Below are positions 33,083 to 41,188 of a stretch of DNA of 64,000 nt, in pieces. A program made the position numbers and the translations under genes. The first letter of the stretch is position 1. Every line of letters begins with the position of its first letter. Origin of the DNA: Flavobacteriales bacterium. Lineage in GTDB: Bacteria; Bacteroidota; Bacteroidia; Flavobacteriales_F; PHOS-HE28. The stretch lies in assembly GCA_016788485.1 (NCBI GenBank), contig JAEUSV010000091.1, forward strand, positions 138-64,137, read 5' to 3'. The notes beneath the pieces are model-generated. The model was not told the origin of the DNA, searched no databases, and saw nothing but the letters and a program-made list of their open reading frames with translations.

Positions 33083-33657
33083 TTCGCGACGGAATGGGCC
33101 AGGTTCACGAGGGTGGTCCCCACCTCGAGCTTGTGCTGCGCGGCGTTCTTCAGGCTCAGTTCGTACTTCAGGGTGTTGGCGATGCGCACGAAATTGACCA
33201 CGCTGCCATCCTCCAGTGCGCCCTCGTACTCCGTGACCAACAGGGTGGGCCGGCCCTTGAGGTTCTTGTACAGAGCGGGCATCAGCGCGAGGTCCGATTG
33301 GCCCACGAACAGGATGTGGCAGGGCTCCACCTCGGCAGAGCGCGGCAGCTTGAGCACCTCGATGGGCTGCTTGCCGATGCTGCGCGAAGCGTACTTCTTG
33401 ATCAGCTCCTGGTACAGGTTGGTGCTGCCGATGACACCGATCTTGAAATTGCCGGACTTCATGCCCGGGTCCTTCCACTCCACCAGCTTCGCAACATTGT
33501 AGATGTAGCTGGCCTGTACGATCGCGGAGGTGTCCTTGTCGGCCTCGCGCGGGTCCGTGGCCGACAGCAGGGCCGGCAACAACAAGAGCAGTACGAGCCA
33601 GCGATGGGCCTGGGCCCAACGGGGTGCGGAGCGCGTACTTTTGACGAGGCCTGCCAT
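33079..33657 (-). CDS. YfiR-family (DUF4154) periplasmic protein
   Basis: ASYIYNVAKLVEWK...FKIGVIG...CHILFVG...TLLVTEY...VNF is the characteristic YfiR/DUF4154 pattern. The start was chosen at MAGLVK. Confidence 0.75.
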   Translation of the reverse strand: MAGLVKSTRSAPRWAQAHRWLVLLLLLPALLSATDPREADKDTSAIVQASYIYNVAKLVEWKDPGMKSGNFKIGVIGSTNLYQELIKKYASRSIGKQPIEVLKLPRSAEVEPCHILFVGQSDLALMPALYKNLKGRPTLLVTEYEGALEDGSVVNFVRIANTLKYELSLKNAAQHKLEVGTTLVNLAHSVAK

Positions 33658-33685
33658 TGGCGGGTTCACCGAGCTTACCGATCCC

Positions 33686-35161
33686 ATGCCGGAGATCCTA
33701 GCCCAACGGCGGCAAAGTAGGCGCACCCTGCTGCGGGCGGGGTTGTGCCTGGCCCTCTTGTATCCACAGTACGGTGTTGACGCACAGGTATTTGCGGCGA
33801 TCGACTCCGCAGCCAAGGCCGCTCCAATGGGCCATGGCTGGCTTCAGTGGAGCACCACGCACATCGGCCACCGGCTCACCGGATCGCCACAAGGAGCGCG
33901 TGCCGAGGAGACCGCGGACAGTCTTTTCCGCAGCGGCGGGCTGGAAAGGGTGACCTTCCATCCCTTCGAGGCCCGGGCCTGGCAGCGCCAGGGCGTGACC
34001 CTGCATCTTGCGGCCGGCGACAGCACGTACAGCCCCGCCTGCGTGGCCTTGGCCCATTCACCCGTGTCCGCCGATGTCTCCGGGACGATCGTTGACCTCG
34101 GCAATGGATTGGGGGCCGACCTTGCCCGTATCGGCGATGGGCTCAGGGGCCGCATCGCCTTGGTGAACATCGGGCTCATCGATGCACCCAAGGAGGCCGG
34201 CAACCTGCACCGCTCCGAAAAGACCGCCCTGGCCATCAAAGCGGGCGCGGCCGCCGTGATCTTCGTCAACAACGTGGACGGCCATGTGCTGCTCACAGGC
34301 ACGGCCTCGGTCGATGGCAACCTCATCCCGGTGCCGGCAGCCTGCATCAGCAGCGAGGACGGGGCCACCATCCGGCGATGGTTGCATGCGGGTCGCCCCG
34401 TGGAGGCCACGCTGCGCATGACCAACCGCAGCGACATGGTGACCGCGCGCAACGTGATGGCCGAGATCCCGGGCACCGACCTCGCCGGGGAGGTGATCCT
34501 CGTGGGTGGGCACCTCGATTGCTGGGACCTGGCCACAGGCGCCACGGACAACGGCCTGGGCTCCTACAGCATCCTGGATATGGCGCGGTGCCTGAACAAG
34601 CTGGGGCTCAAGCCGCGACGGACGATCCGTTTCGTGCTGTTCATGGGCGAGGAGCAGGGCTTGTTGGGATCACGCGCACTGGTGGAACACTATCGCGGCA
34701 CCGGCGAACTCGCGCGCATCCGCTGCATGGTGAACATGGACATGACCGGCCACCCACAAGGCTTCGGCATCACGGGGCCCGAGGGATGGAAGGAACTGGT
34801 GGAGCGGATCAACGGGGAGATCCGTGCGGTGGACAGCACCGCCTTCGCCGGTCGCACCAGCACGGGGGCCTGGTTGCATAGCGACCATCAGCCGTTCATG
34901 CTGGCCGGCGTCCCGGTGATCAACCCGCACAGCGACCTCGGCGGCCATGTGTACGGCTGCTATCACAGCAGTTGCGACGACATCCACCTTGTGGACCCGG
35001 AGGCCATGGTGGACAATGTGCGCTTCGTGGGCATGCTGTTGCTCGCACTGGCCAACGAGCGCGAACTGCCCCCGCATTTCACGGACGACGCGTTGCGCGC
35101 CCGCATGATGAGCGAGGGGCTCGAGGAGAAGCTGCGGATCGGCGGGGACTGGCGCTGGTAG
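33686..35161 (+). CDS. M28-family aminopeptidase with PA domain
   Basis: NVMAEIPG...VILVGGHLDCWD...ATDNG.G, FMGEEQGLLGS, and SDHQPF metal-ligand motifs. Confidence 0.85.
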   Translation: MPEILAQRRQSRRTLLRAGLCLALLYPQYGVDAQVFAAIDSAAKAAPMGHGWLQWSTTHIGHRLTGSPQGARAEETADSLFRSGGLERVTFHPFEARAWQRQGVTLHLAAGDSTYSPACVALAHSPVSADVSGTIVDLGNGLGADLARIGDGLRGRIALVNIGLIDAPKEAGNLHRSEKTALAIKAGAAAVIFVNNVDGHVLLTGTASVDGNLIPVPAACISSEDGATIRRWLHAGRPVEATLRMTNRSDMVTARNVMAEIPGTDLAGEVILVGGHLDCWDLATGATDNGLGSYSILDMARCLNKLGLKPRRTIRFVLFMGEEQGLLGSRALVEHYRGTGELARIRCMVNMDMTGHPQGFGITGPEGWKELVERINGEIRAVDSTAFAGRTSTGAWLHSDHQPFMLAGVPVINPHSDLGGHVYGCYHSSCDDIHLVDPEAMVDNVRFVGMLLLALANERELPPHFTDDALRARMMSEGLEEKLRIGGDWRW

Positions 35162-35164
35162 CGT

Positions 35165-35686
35165 TCAGGCCTTGCCTTCGGCCCCGTCCGCCTCGGCGGT
35201 GGTGAGGCCCTGCAGGTCGCGATCGAACAGGTAGAGCCCGCCCTTGTCACCACCGATCAGCTTGAGCTTGTCGATCAAGGTGCGCGCCAACGCTTCCTCC
35301 TCGATCTGCTCGCTCACATACCACTGCATGAAGTTGTGGGTGGTGTAGTCCTTCTCCTTCAGGCATGTGTCGACCACCTGGTTGATGGTGGAGGTGACAT
35401 GGGTCTCGTGCTCGAGCAGGCTGCGGAAGATGTCGGTGGTGTCCTTGTAGTTCTTCTGGGGCTGCTTCAGCGCAGGGACCATGGCGTGCCCGCCGCGCTC
35501 GTTCACGAACTTGATCAGCTTGAGGGCGTGCATGCGCTCCTCGTCGCTGTGGCGGTACAGGAAGGCCGCCGTTCCGCTGAGGCCTTGTGTTTCAGCCCAG
35601 CTGGCCATGGCCAGGTAGGTCTGACTGCTCATCGACTCGATCTCGATCTGTGCATTGAGTGCCGCCTCGATCTTCTTGCTCAGCAT
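35165..35686 (-). CDS. ftn: non-haem ferritin
   Basis: LN.QI..E..SS..YL.MA.W, EE..HA.K, and QWYV.EQ.EEE di-iron ligand pattern. Confidence 0.9.
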   Translation of the reverse strand: MLSKKIEAALNAQIEIESMSSQTYLAMASWAETQGLSGTAAFLYRHSDEERMHALKLIKFVNERGGHAMVPALKQPQKNYKDTTDIFRSLLEHETHVTSTINQVVDTCLKEKDYTTHNFMQWYVSEQIEEEALARTLIDKLKLIGGDKGGLYLFDRDLQGLTTAEADGAEGKA

Positions 35687-35705
35687 GGCTTCGTTGGTTG
35701 TTCGT

Positions 35706-35713
35706 CAAAAGTA
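35706..35713 (-). promoter_or_regulatory. candidate -7 box (TACTTTTG on the minus strand)
   Basis: 19 nt upstream of the ferritin ATG. Confidence 0.4.
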
Positions 35714-35735
35714 ACGTGCGTGTCCGGGCCGGGGT

Positions 35736-36299
35736 TCACTTCGTGTTGAACGTGTTCATGGCATGGCCGATGCCCATGAGCGCCACATCCAGCACCGCAT
35801 CACGCGCCAGGGCCACCCGCTCGGGCAAGGCCGCCACCTCCTCCCTGGACCAGGGACTGAGCACGTAGTCCGCTTGGCGGCCCTTGGGGAAGTCACTGCC
35901 GATGCCGAACCGCAACCGTGGAAAGGCTTCGGTGGCCAGCAATTGGATGATGCTCGTAAGGCCGTTGTGCCCGCCGGCCCCGCCGCTTGCCCGCAGGCGT
36001 ATCCTGCCGAAGGGCAGGGCCAGGTCATCGGTGATCACCAGCACACGCCCGGCGGGTATCCGCTCCGCGTCCATCCAGTAACGCACGGCCTTGCCGCTGA
36101 GGTTCATGAAGGTGGTGGGCTTGATCAGCACCAGTGTCCGGCCCTTGTGGCGCACCTCGGCGCGATCGCCCAAACGGTCAGGCGCGAAGCGCATGCCCGC
36201 ACCGGAGGCGATGGCGTCCAGCACGGCAAAACCGATGTTGTGGCGTGTGCCGTCGTATTCGGGGCCGGGGTTGCCCAGGCCGACGATCAGGTGCTTCAT
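35736..36299 (-). CDS. pth: peptidyl-tRNA hydrolase
   Basis: LIVGLGNPG.EY..TRHN.GF and GG.GGHNGL. Confidence 0.95.
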   Translation of the reverse strand: MKHLIVGLGNPGPEYDGTRHNIGFAVLDAIASGAGMRFAPDRLGDRAEVRHKGRTLVLIKPTTFMNLSGKAVRYWMDAERIPAGRVLVITDDLALPFGRIRLRASGGAGGHNGLTSIIQLLATEAFPRLRFGIGSDFPKGRQADYVLSPWSREEVAALPERVALARDAVLDVALMGIGHAMNTFNTK

Positions 36300-36314
36300 G
36301 GCGGTGGCAAAGGA

Positions 36315-36342
36315 AACGGGCCCGGGGATCCCCGGGCCCGTT
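36315..36342 (-). terminator. 28-bp perfect palindrome between rplY and pth
   Basis: AACGGGCCCGGGGATCCCCGGGCCCGTT. A second palindrome, GGGGCCCGGGCCCC, lies at 36354-36367. Confidence 0.5.
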
Positions 36343-36374
36343 CAGGCGGATGCGGGGCCCGGGCCCCGGATGGA

Positions 36375-37010
36375 TCACTTCTTGGCGGCGGGCTTGGCCT
36401 CGGCGGCCTTCGCCGGAGCGGCGGCGGCGGCGCCGGCAGCGGGTGCTGCGGCAGCGGCCTCCTCCACCTTCTTCGGCATCTTCACCGCGACCACCACATC
36501 GCTGGGACGCTCCAGCACGGCGAGGCCCTCGAACTTGAGGTCGCGCACGCGGATGCTGTCGCCCACCTCCAGGGCGTTGATGTCGAACTCCAGGTGCTCG
36601 GGCAACGCGGCGGGCAGGCCCTTCACGCGCAGTTTGCGCAGCGGCTGGCTCAGCTTGCCACCCTTGCGCACGCCGGGGCTCTGGCCCACCAGGCGAAGGG
36701 TGAGCATGACGCTCGCCTCCTTGCTGTCGCTCATCTCGATGAAGTCCACGTGGAGCAGGCTGTCGCTCACGGGGTGGAACTGCTTTTCGGCGAGGCGCGC
36801 CAGACGCTTCTGGCCATCGATGTCGATCTCGATGCGGTACACCTCGGGGGAGTGCACGATCTTCTTCAGGGGAGCCTCGTCCACGCTGAAGTGGATGGTG
36901 CTCTCGCCACCGTACAGGACGCAGGGTACGCGCTTGTTGCGGCGCAGCTGGGCGGCGCCCTTGGTGCCCTGCACCGTGCGCAGGCTGCCGTTCAGTTCTA
37001 CTTTCTTCAT
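36375..37010 (-). CDS. rplY: 50S ribosomal protein L25 / general stress protein Ctc, with Ala/Lys-rich tail
   Basis: R.G.VP.V.YG motif region, then a beta-barrel domain and a C-terminal AAAAPAAGAAAAAPAKAAEAKPAAKK. Confidence 0.9.
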   Translation of the reverse strand: MKKVELNGSLRTVQGTKGAAQLRRNKRVPCVLYGGESTIHFSVDEAPLKKIVHSPEVYRIEIDIDGQKRLARLAEKQFHPVSDSLLHVDFIEMSDSKEASVMLTLRLVGQSPGVRKGGKLSQPLRKLRVKGLPAALPEHLEFDINALEVGDSIRVRDLKFEGLAVLERPSDVVVAVKMPKKVEEAAAAAPAAGAAAAAPAKAAEAKPAAKK

Positions 37011-37083
37011 TGCTTGGTTCGCCTGGCCGGCGCGGCTTTGGAGGTTTTGACGGTCTGATCGTCTGGGTGACGCCTGGTCTTGG

Positions 37084-38031
37084 TCAGGCGATGATGAAAT
37101 GGCTGCTGATGCTCTCGTGGTTGCGCACGCGCTTGATGACGTCGGCGAACAACTGCGCCACGGTGAGCTGCTTGATCTTGGTGGTGCGCGCCCGCTTGGC
37201 CTCGCTGATGGGAATGGTATCGGTGACGATGAGCTCCGTGAGGCTGCTGCGCTCGATGCGGTCGCAGGCCTCGCCGCTCAGCACGGCATGGGTGCACACC
37301 GCTCGTACGCTGTTCGCGCCCAGGTCGGTCATCATGTCGGCCGCCTTGGTGAGCGTGCCCGCCGTGTCGACCATGTCATCCACCAGCACCACGTCCTTCC
37401 CCTTCACATCGCCGATCACCGTCATGCTCTCCACCTGGTTCGCCACCTTGCGCTGCTTGTAGCAGATGGCCATGTCGCAGCCCAGGTGCTTGGCGTAGGC
37501 GCTGGCGCGCTTGGTGCCGCCGGTGTCCGGCGCCGCCATCAACAGGTTCGGGAGGGCCAGCTCCTGGATGTGGGGCAGGAAGATGCTGCTGGCGAAAAGG
37601 TGGTCCACCGGCACCTCGAAGAAGCCCTGGATCTGGTCGGCGTGCAGGTCCATGGTCATCACCCGGTCCACGCCGGCTGCCGTGAGCATGTTGGCCACCA
37701 GCTTGGCGCCGATGCTCACCCGCGGCTTGTCCTTGCGGTCCTGGCGGGCGAAGCCGAAATAGGGCATCACCGCCACGATGCGCTTGGCGCTGGCACGCTT
37801 GGCGGCATCCACCATCATCAGGAGCTCGAAGAGGTTGTCGCTGGGGGGGAAGGTGCTCTGCACGATGAACACCAGTTCACCGCGCACCGTCTCCTCGAAG
37901 CTCGGCTGGAACTCACCGTCGCTGAAGCGGCTCACCGTCACTTCGCCCAGCCGCTCGCCGCTGTAGGCGGCGATCTTCTCGGCCAGGTACCGCGTGGCGG
38001 AACCACTGAAGATCTTGGCGCTCTCGTACAT
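37084..38031 (-). CDS. prs: ribose-phosphate pyrophosphokinase
   Basis: IFSGSA...RFSDGE, MPYFGYARQDRK-like (MPYFGFARQDRK), and VLVDDMVDTAGT. Confidence 0.95.
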   Translation of the reverse strand: MYESAKIFSGSATRYLAEKIAAYSGERLGEVTVSRFSDGEFQPSFEETVRGELVFIVQSTFPPSDNLFELLMMVDAAKRASAKRIVAVMPYFGFARQDRKDKPRVSIGAKLVANMLTAAGVDRVMTMDLHADQIQGFFEVPVDHLFASSIFLPHIQELALPNLLMAAPDTGGTKRASAYAKHLGCDMAICYKQRKVANQVESMTVIGDVKGKDVVLVDDMVDTAGTLTKAADMMTDLGANSVRAVCTHAVLSGEACDRIERSSLTELIVTDTIPISEAKRARTTKIKQLTVAQLFADVIKRVRNHESISSHFIIA

Positions 38032-38079
38032 GGCGATGGGTCCTGGCTGCCCCCGCGCCCGCACGGGCGAAAGGGGGTG

Positions 38080-38087
38080 CAAATGTA
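38080..38087 (-). promoter_or_regulatory. candidate -7 box (TACATTTG on the minus strand)
   Basis: 48 nt upstream of the prs ATG. Confidence 0.3.
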
Positions 38088-38106
38088 GGGATCTTCCGCG
38101 GGTTAT

Positions 38107-38118
38107 CAACGATCGTTG
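38107..38118. promoter_or_regulatory. 12-bp perfect palindrome CAACGATCGTTG in the prs/rnr divergent region
   Basis: Seen directly in the sequence. The 10-mer CAACGATCGG recurs at 45473 and 45736. Confidence 0.35.
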
Positions 38119-38165
38119 GTGAAGCCCGTCCGGGCCATGGGCGCATTGTGCGACCTTCGTGCGGA

Positions 38166-40415
38166 ATGACCCCGAAACACGGCCAAGGGCCGAAGCCTTC
38201 AGACCTGGAACAGGAAGTCCTGGCGGCCGTGCGCCGCGCCGGCCACGCCGGCATCACCAGCCAGCAGCTCGCCCTTCAGGTGGGCATCCGTGACAAGGAC
38301 CAGCGCTACCGCATCTTCGACGCCATCGATGCCCTGCTCGACAGCGGCCGCATCCGCAGCGGGAAGAAGGGGCGTTACGTGAGCGCCCAGCAACGGGACG
38401 AGGCCGAGGGCACCATCGATATCATCGGCAGCGGCGGCGGCTATGTGCGCCTCACCGGCGACGACAGCGGGGAGGATGTCTACATCCACCCCCGTAGTGT
38501 GGGCATGGCCCTTCACGGCGACACCGTCCGGGTGCGCATCTCCCAAGGCCGCGGCACACGTCCCGAAGGGGTGGTGACCGGCATCGTGAAGCGCCGGCGC
38601 ACGGAATTCGTGGGGGTGGTGCACAAGCACCAGGGCCGGCTCGTGCTGGTGGCGGACGACCAGCGGGTGCAGCGCCCTTTCCTGATCCCCCCGGTGGACG
38701 CCAATGGGGCCACAGAGGGCGACAAGGCCATCATCGAACTGGGTGAATGGCGCGACGCCCGCGACCTGCCCCGCGGACGGGTGTCGCGTGTGCTGGGCCG
38801 GGCCGGAGAGCACCAGGTGGAGATGCACGCCATCCTGGCCGAGTTCGGGCTGCCGCTGGAGTTCCCCGAAAGCGTGCTGAAGGCCTCCGAGACCATCCCC
38901 AACGGCTGCACCCCGGAGGAGATCGCCGCCCGGCGTGACGTGCGCGCAATTCCCACTCTCACCATCGACCCCGACGATGCCAAGGACCTGGACGATGCGC
39001 TCAGCGTGCGCCGGCTGGAGAACGGCAACTGGGAGATCGGCATCCACATCGCCGATGTGAGCCATTACGTGCGCCCGAACACCGTGGTGGACATGGAGGC
39101 CGCGGCACGGGCGACCAGTGTATACCTCGTGGACCGCGTGGTGCCCATGCTACCCGAGCGCCTGAGCAACGGGCTCTGCTCCCTGCACCCCGGCGAGGAC
39201 AAGCTCACCTTCAGTGCCATCTTCGAGCTCGACGACCAGGCACGCATCCGGGGGGAGTGGTTCGGCCGCACCGTGATGCACAGCGACCGCCGCTTCGCTT
39301 ACCAGGAGGCCCAGGCGATCATCGACGGAGGCGATGGGACCATGAAGGACGAGGTGCTCACGTTGCACCGCCTGGCCCAGGTCCTGCGCAAGGAGCGCAT
39401 CGGCGCCGGCGCCCTTGAGATCGGGGGCAACGAGGTGAAGTTCAAGCTCGATGAGAAGGGCCGGCCCATCGGCCTGTACGAGAAGGTGATGGGCCCCGCC
39501 AACTGGCTCATCGAGGAGTTCATGCTGCTCGCCAACAAGCGCGTGGCCGCCTGGGTCGGCCGGCAGAAGAAGGGAGGCGTTCCGCCATTCGTGTACCGCG
39601 TGCACGACCTGCCCGACCCGGAGAAGGTGGCGCAGCTGCGCTCCCTGGCGAAGAGCTTCGGGCACGAGCTGGTGGTGCACCGCGAGGACGACCTGCCACA
39701 TGCCATCAACCGGCTGCTGAAGGCCATCCAGGGCACCGAGGAGGAGAAGCTGATCAAGCAGTTCACCATCCGCAGCATGGCCAAGGCCATCTACAGCACC
39801 GAGAACATCGGGCATTACGGGCTGGCCTTCGAGCACTACACGCACTTCACCTCCCCCATCCGCCGCTACCCCGACCTGCTGGTGCACCGCGCCATGGCGC
39901 ACTACCTGGCCGGCGGCCGCCACCTCGACCGGGAAAAGCTCGAGCTGAGCTGCAAGCACAGCAGCGACCAGGAGAAGCGGGCCTCCGACGCCGAGCGAGC
40001 GAGCATCCGGTACAAGCAGGCCGAGTACCTGCTGGCGCGCATCGGCGAGACCTTCGAGGGCAGCGTGAGCGGGCTCACCAGCTGGGGGGTGTACGTGGAG
40101 CTGGTTGGCAACCACTGCGAGGGCATGATCGCCCTGCGCGACCTGCCGGGCGATCACTACAAGTTCGATCAGGAGCGGTACGTGGTGGCCGGCCAGCGCA
40201 CCGGCCGCAAGATCCGGCTGGGCGAGGAGCTCACCGTGAAGGTGCGGGCCGTGGACATGGACAAGCGCACGGTGGACCTGGCGCTGGTGGCCATCGGTGG
40301 ACAAGCCGCCACGGGGGCGCCGATCGGCCAATGGAAGGAACTGGAGCGCAAGCGCGAGGCCGCCAAGGCCCAGGAAAGGGCCCGTCGCTCGAAGGGAAAG
40401 GGGAAACGGCGCTGA
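38166..40415 (+). CDS. rnr: ribonuclease R
   Basis: RNB-domain motifs (IDPDDAKDLDDALS, YLVDRVVPMLPE) and a C-terminal S1 domain with a basic tail. The ORF-track start at 38148 is a GTG. Confidence 0.95.
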   Translation: MTPKHGQGPKPSDLEQEVLAAVRRAGHAGITSQQLALQVGIRDKDQRYRIFDAIDALLDSGRIRSGKKGRYVSAQQRDEAEGTIDIIGSGGGYVRLTGDDSGEDVYIHPRSVGMALHGDTVRVRISQGRGTRPEGVVTGIVKRRRTEFVGVVHKHQGRLVLVADDQRVQRPFLIPPVDANGATEGDKAIIELGEWRDARDLPRGRVSRVLGRAGEHQVEMHAILAEFGLPLEFPESVLKASETIPNGCTPEEIAARRDVRAIPTLTIDPDDAKDLDDALSVRRLENGNWEIGIHIADVSHYVRPNTVVDMEAAARATSVYLVDRVVPMLPERLSNGLCSLHPGEDKLTFSAIFELDDQARIRGEWFGRTVMHSDRRFAYQEAQAIIDGGDGTMKDEVLTLHRLAQVLRKERIGAGALEIGGNEVKFKLDEKGRPIGLYEKVMGPANWLIEEFMLLANKRVAAWVGRQKKGGVPPFVYRVHDLPDPEKVAQLRSLAKSFGHELVVHREDDLPHAINRLLKAIQGTEEEKLIKQFTIRSMAKAIYSTENIGHYGLAFEHYTHFTSPIRRYPDLLVHRAMAHYLAGGRHLDREKLELSCKHSSDQEKRASDAERASIRYKQAEYLLARIGETFEGSVSGLTSWGVYVELVGNHCEGMIALRDLPGDHYKFDQERYVVAGQRTGRKIRLGEELTVKVRAVDMDKRTVDLALVAIGGQAATGAPIGQWKELERKREAAKAQERARRSKGKGKRR

Positions 40416-40425
40416 GCGCCGGGGA

Positions 40426-41181
40426 TCAGACGAGGTTCAGGCGCTTGCCGAGCTCGTCCTTGTAGCTGCCGCCGATGGGAATGACCTTCTTGTCGTTCTC
40501 CAGGATCAGGTTCGGCTGCTCAATGGCCACGATCTTGTCGATGCGCACGATGAAGGAGCGGTGCACCCGGAGGAACTCGCTCTCGGGCAGCTTGGCCTCG
40601 ATGTCCTTCATGGTGCTGTGGATCGTGTAACGCGTGTTCAGCGTGTTGATCACCACGTAATCCTTCCGCGCCTCGATGTAGTAGATGTCGCTCATCTTGA
40701 GCTTCACCAGGCGGCTGTTGCTCTTCACGAAGAGCAGGTCCTTGGTGGCGCCCTGGCTCTCCACCAGGTTGAAGAGCAGGTCGCGCTCCTTGAGCACCTC
40801 GGCCTCCTTCTTGTGCTTGTACAGCGCCATCTCGATCGACGTGTGGATGTCGATCTCCTTGAACGGCTTGATGATGTAGCCGTAGGGCTGGGTGACCTTG
40901 GCCTTGTTCAGCGTGCTCTCGTCGGCGTAGGCCGTGAGGAAGATCACCGGGATGTTGGTCTCGGTGCGGATCTGCGTGGCGGCCTCGATGCCGTTCATCT
41001 CCCCCTTGAGCATGATGTCCATGAGGATGATGTCGGGCTGGGTCTCCACGGCCAGTTTCACGGCCTGTTCCCCGGTGGCGGCAGCGCCCACGACATTGTA
41101 GCCCAGCTTCTTCAGACTGTGCTGGATGTCCTTGCTCACAATGCTCTCGTCCTCAACGACAAGTACGTTCGTCTGCGCCAT
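40426..41181 (-). CDS. LytTR-family two-component response regulator
   Basis: A receiver domain (VLVVEDE...DIILMDIML) is followed by a LytTR DNA-binding domain (IYYIEA..DYV.I.T....Y.......IE..LP...F.RVHRSFIV). Confidence 0.9.
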   Translation of the reverse strand: MAQTNVLVVEDESIVSKDIQHSLKKLGYNVVGAAATGEQAVKLAVETQPDIILMDIMLKGEMNGIEAATQIRTETNIPVIFLTAYADESTLNKAKVTQPYGYIIKPFKEIDIHTSIEMALYKHKKEAEVLKERDLLFNLVESQGATKDLLFVKSNSRLVKLKMSDIYYIEARKDYVVINTLNTRYTIHSTMKDIEAKLPESEFLRVHRSFIVRIDKIVAIEQPNLILENDKKVIPIGGSYKDELGKRLNLV

Positions 41182-41188
41182 GACCACG

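Noticed and set aside
29351-40331. Other long antisense ORFs: 29351..30331, 31787..33502, 35763..37058, 37099..38088 and 39150..40331.
   Set aside because: Each lies opposite a confidently recognised gene (usp, the phosphatase/TPR genes, pth/rplY, prs, rnr) and has a low-complexity composition.
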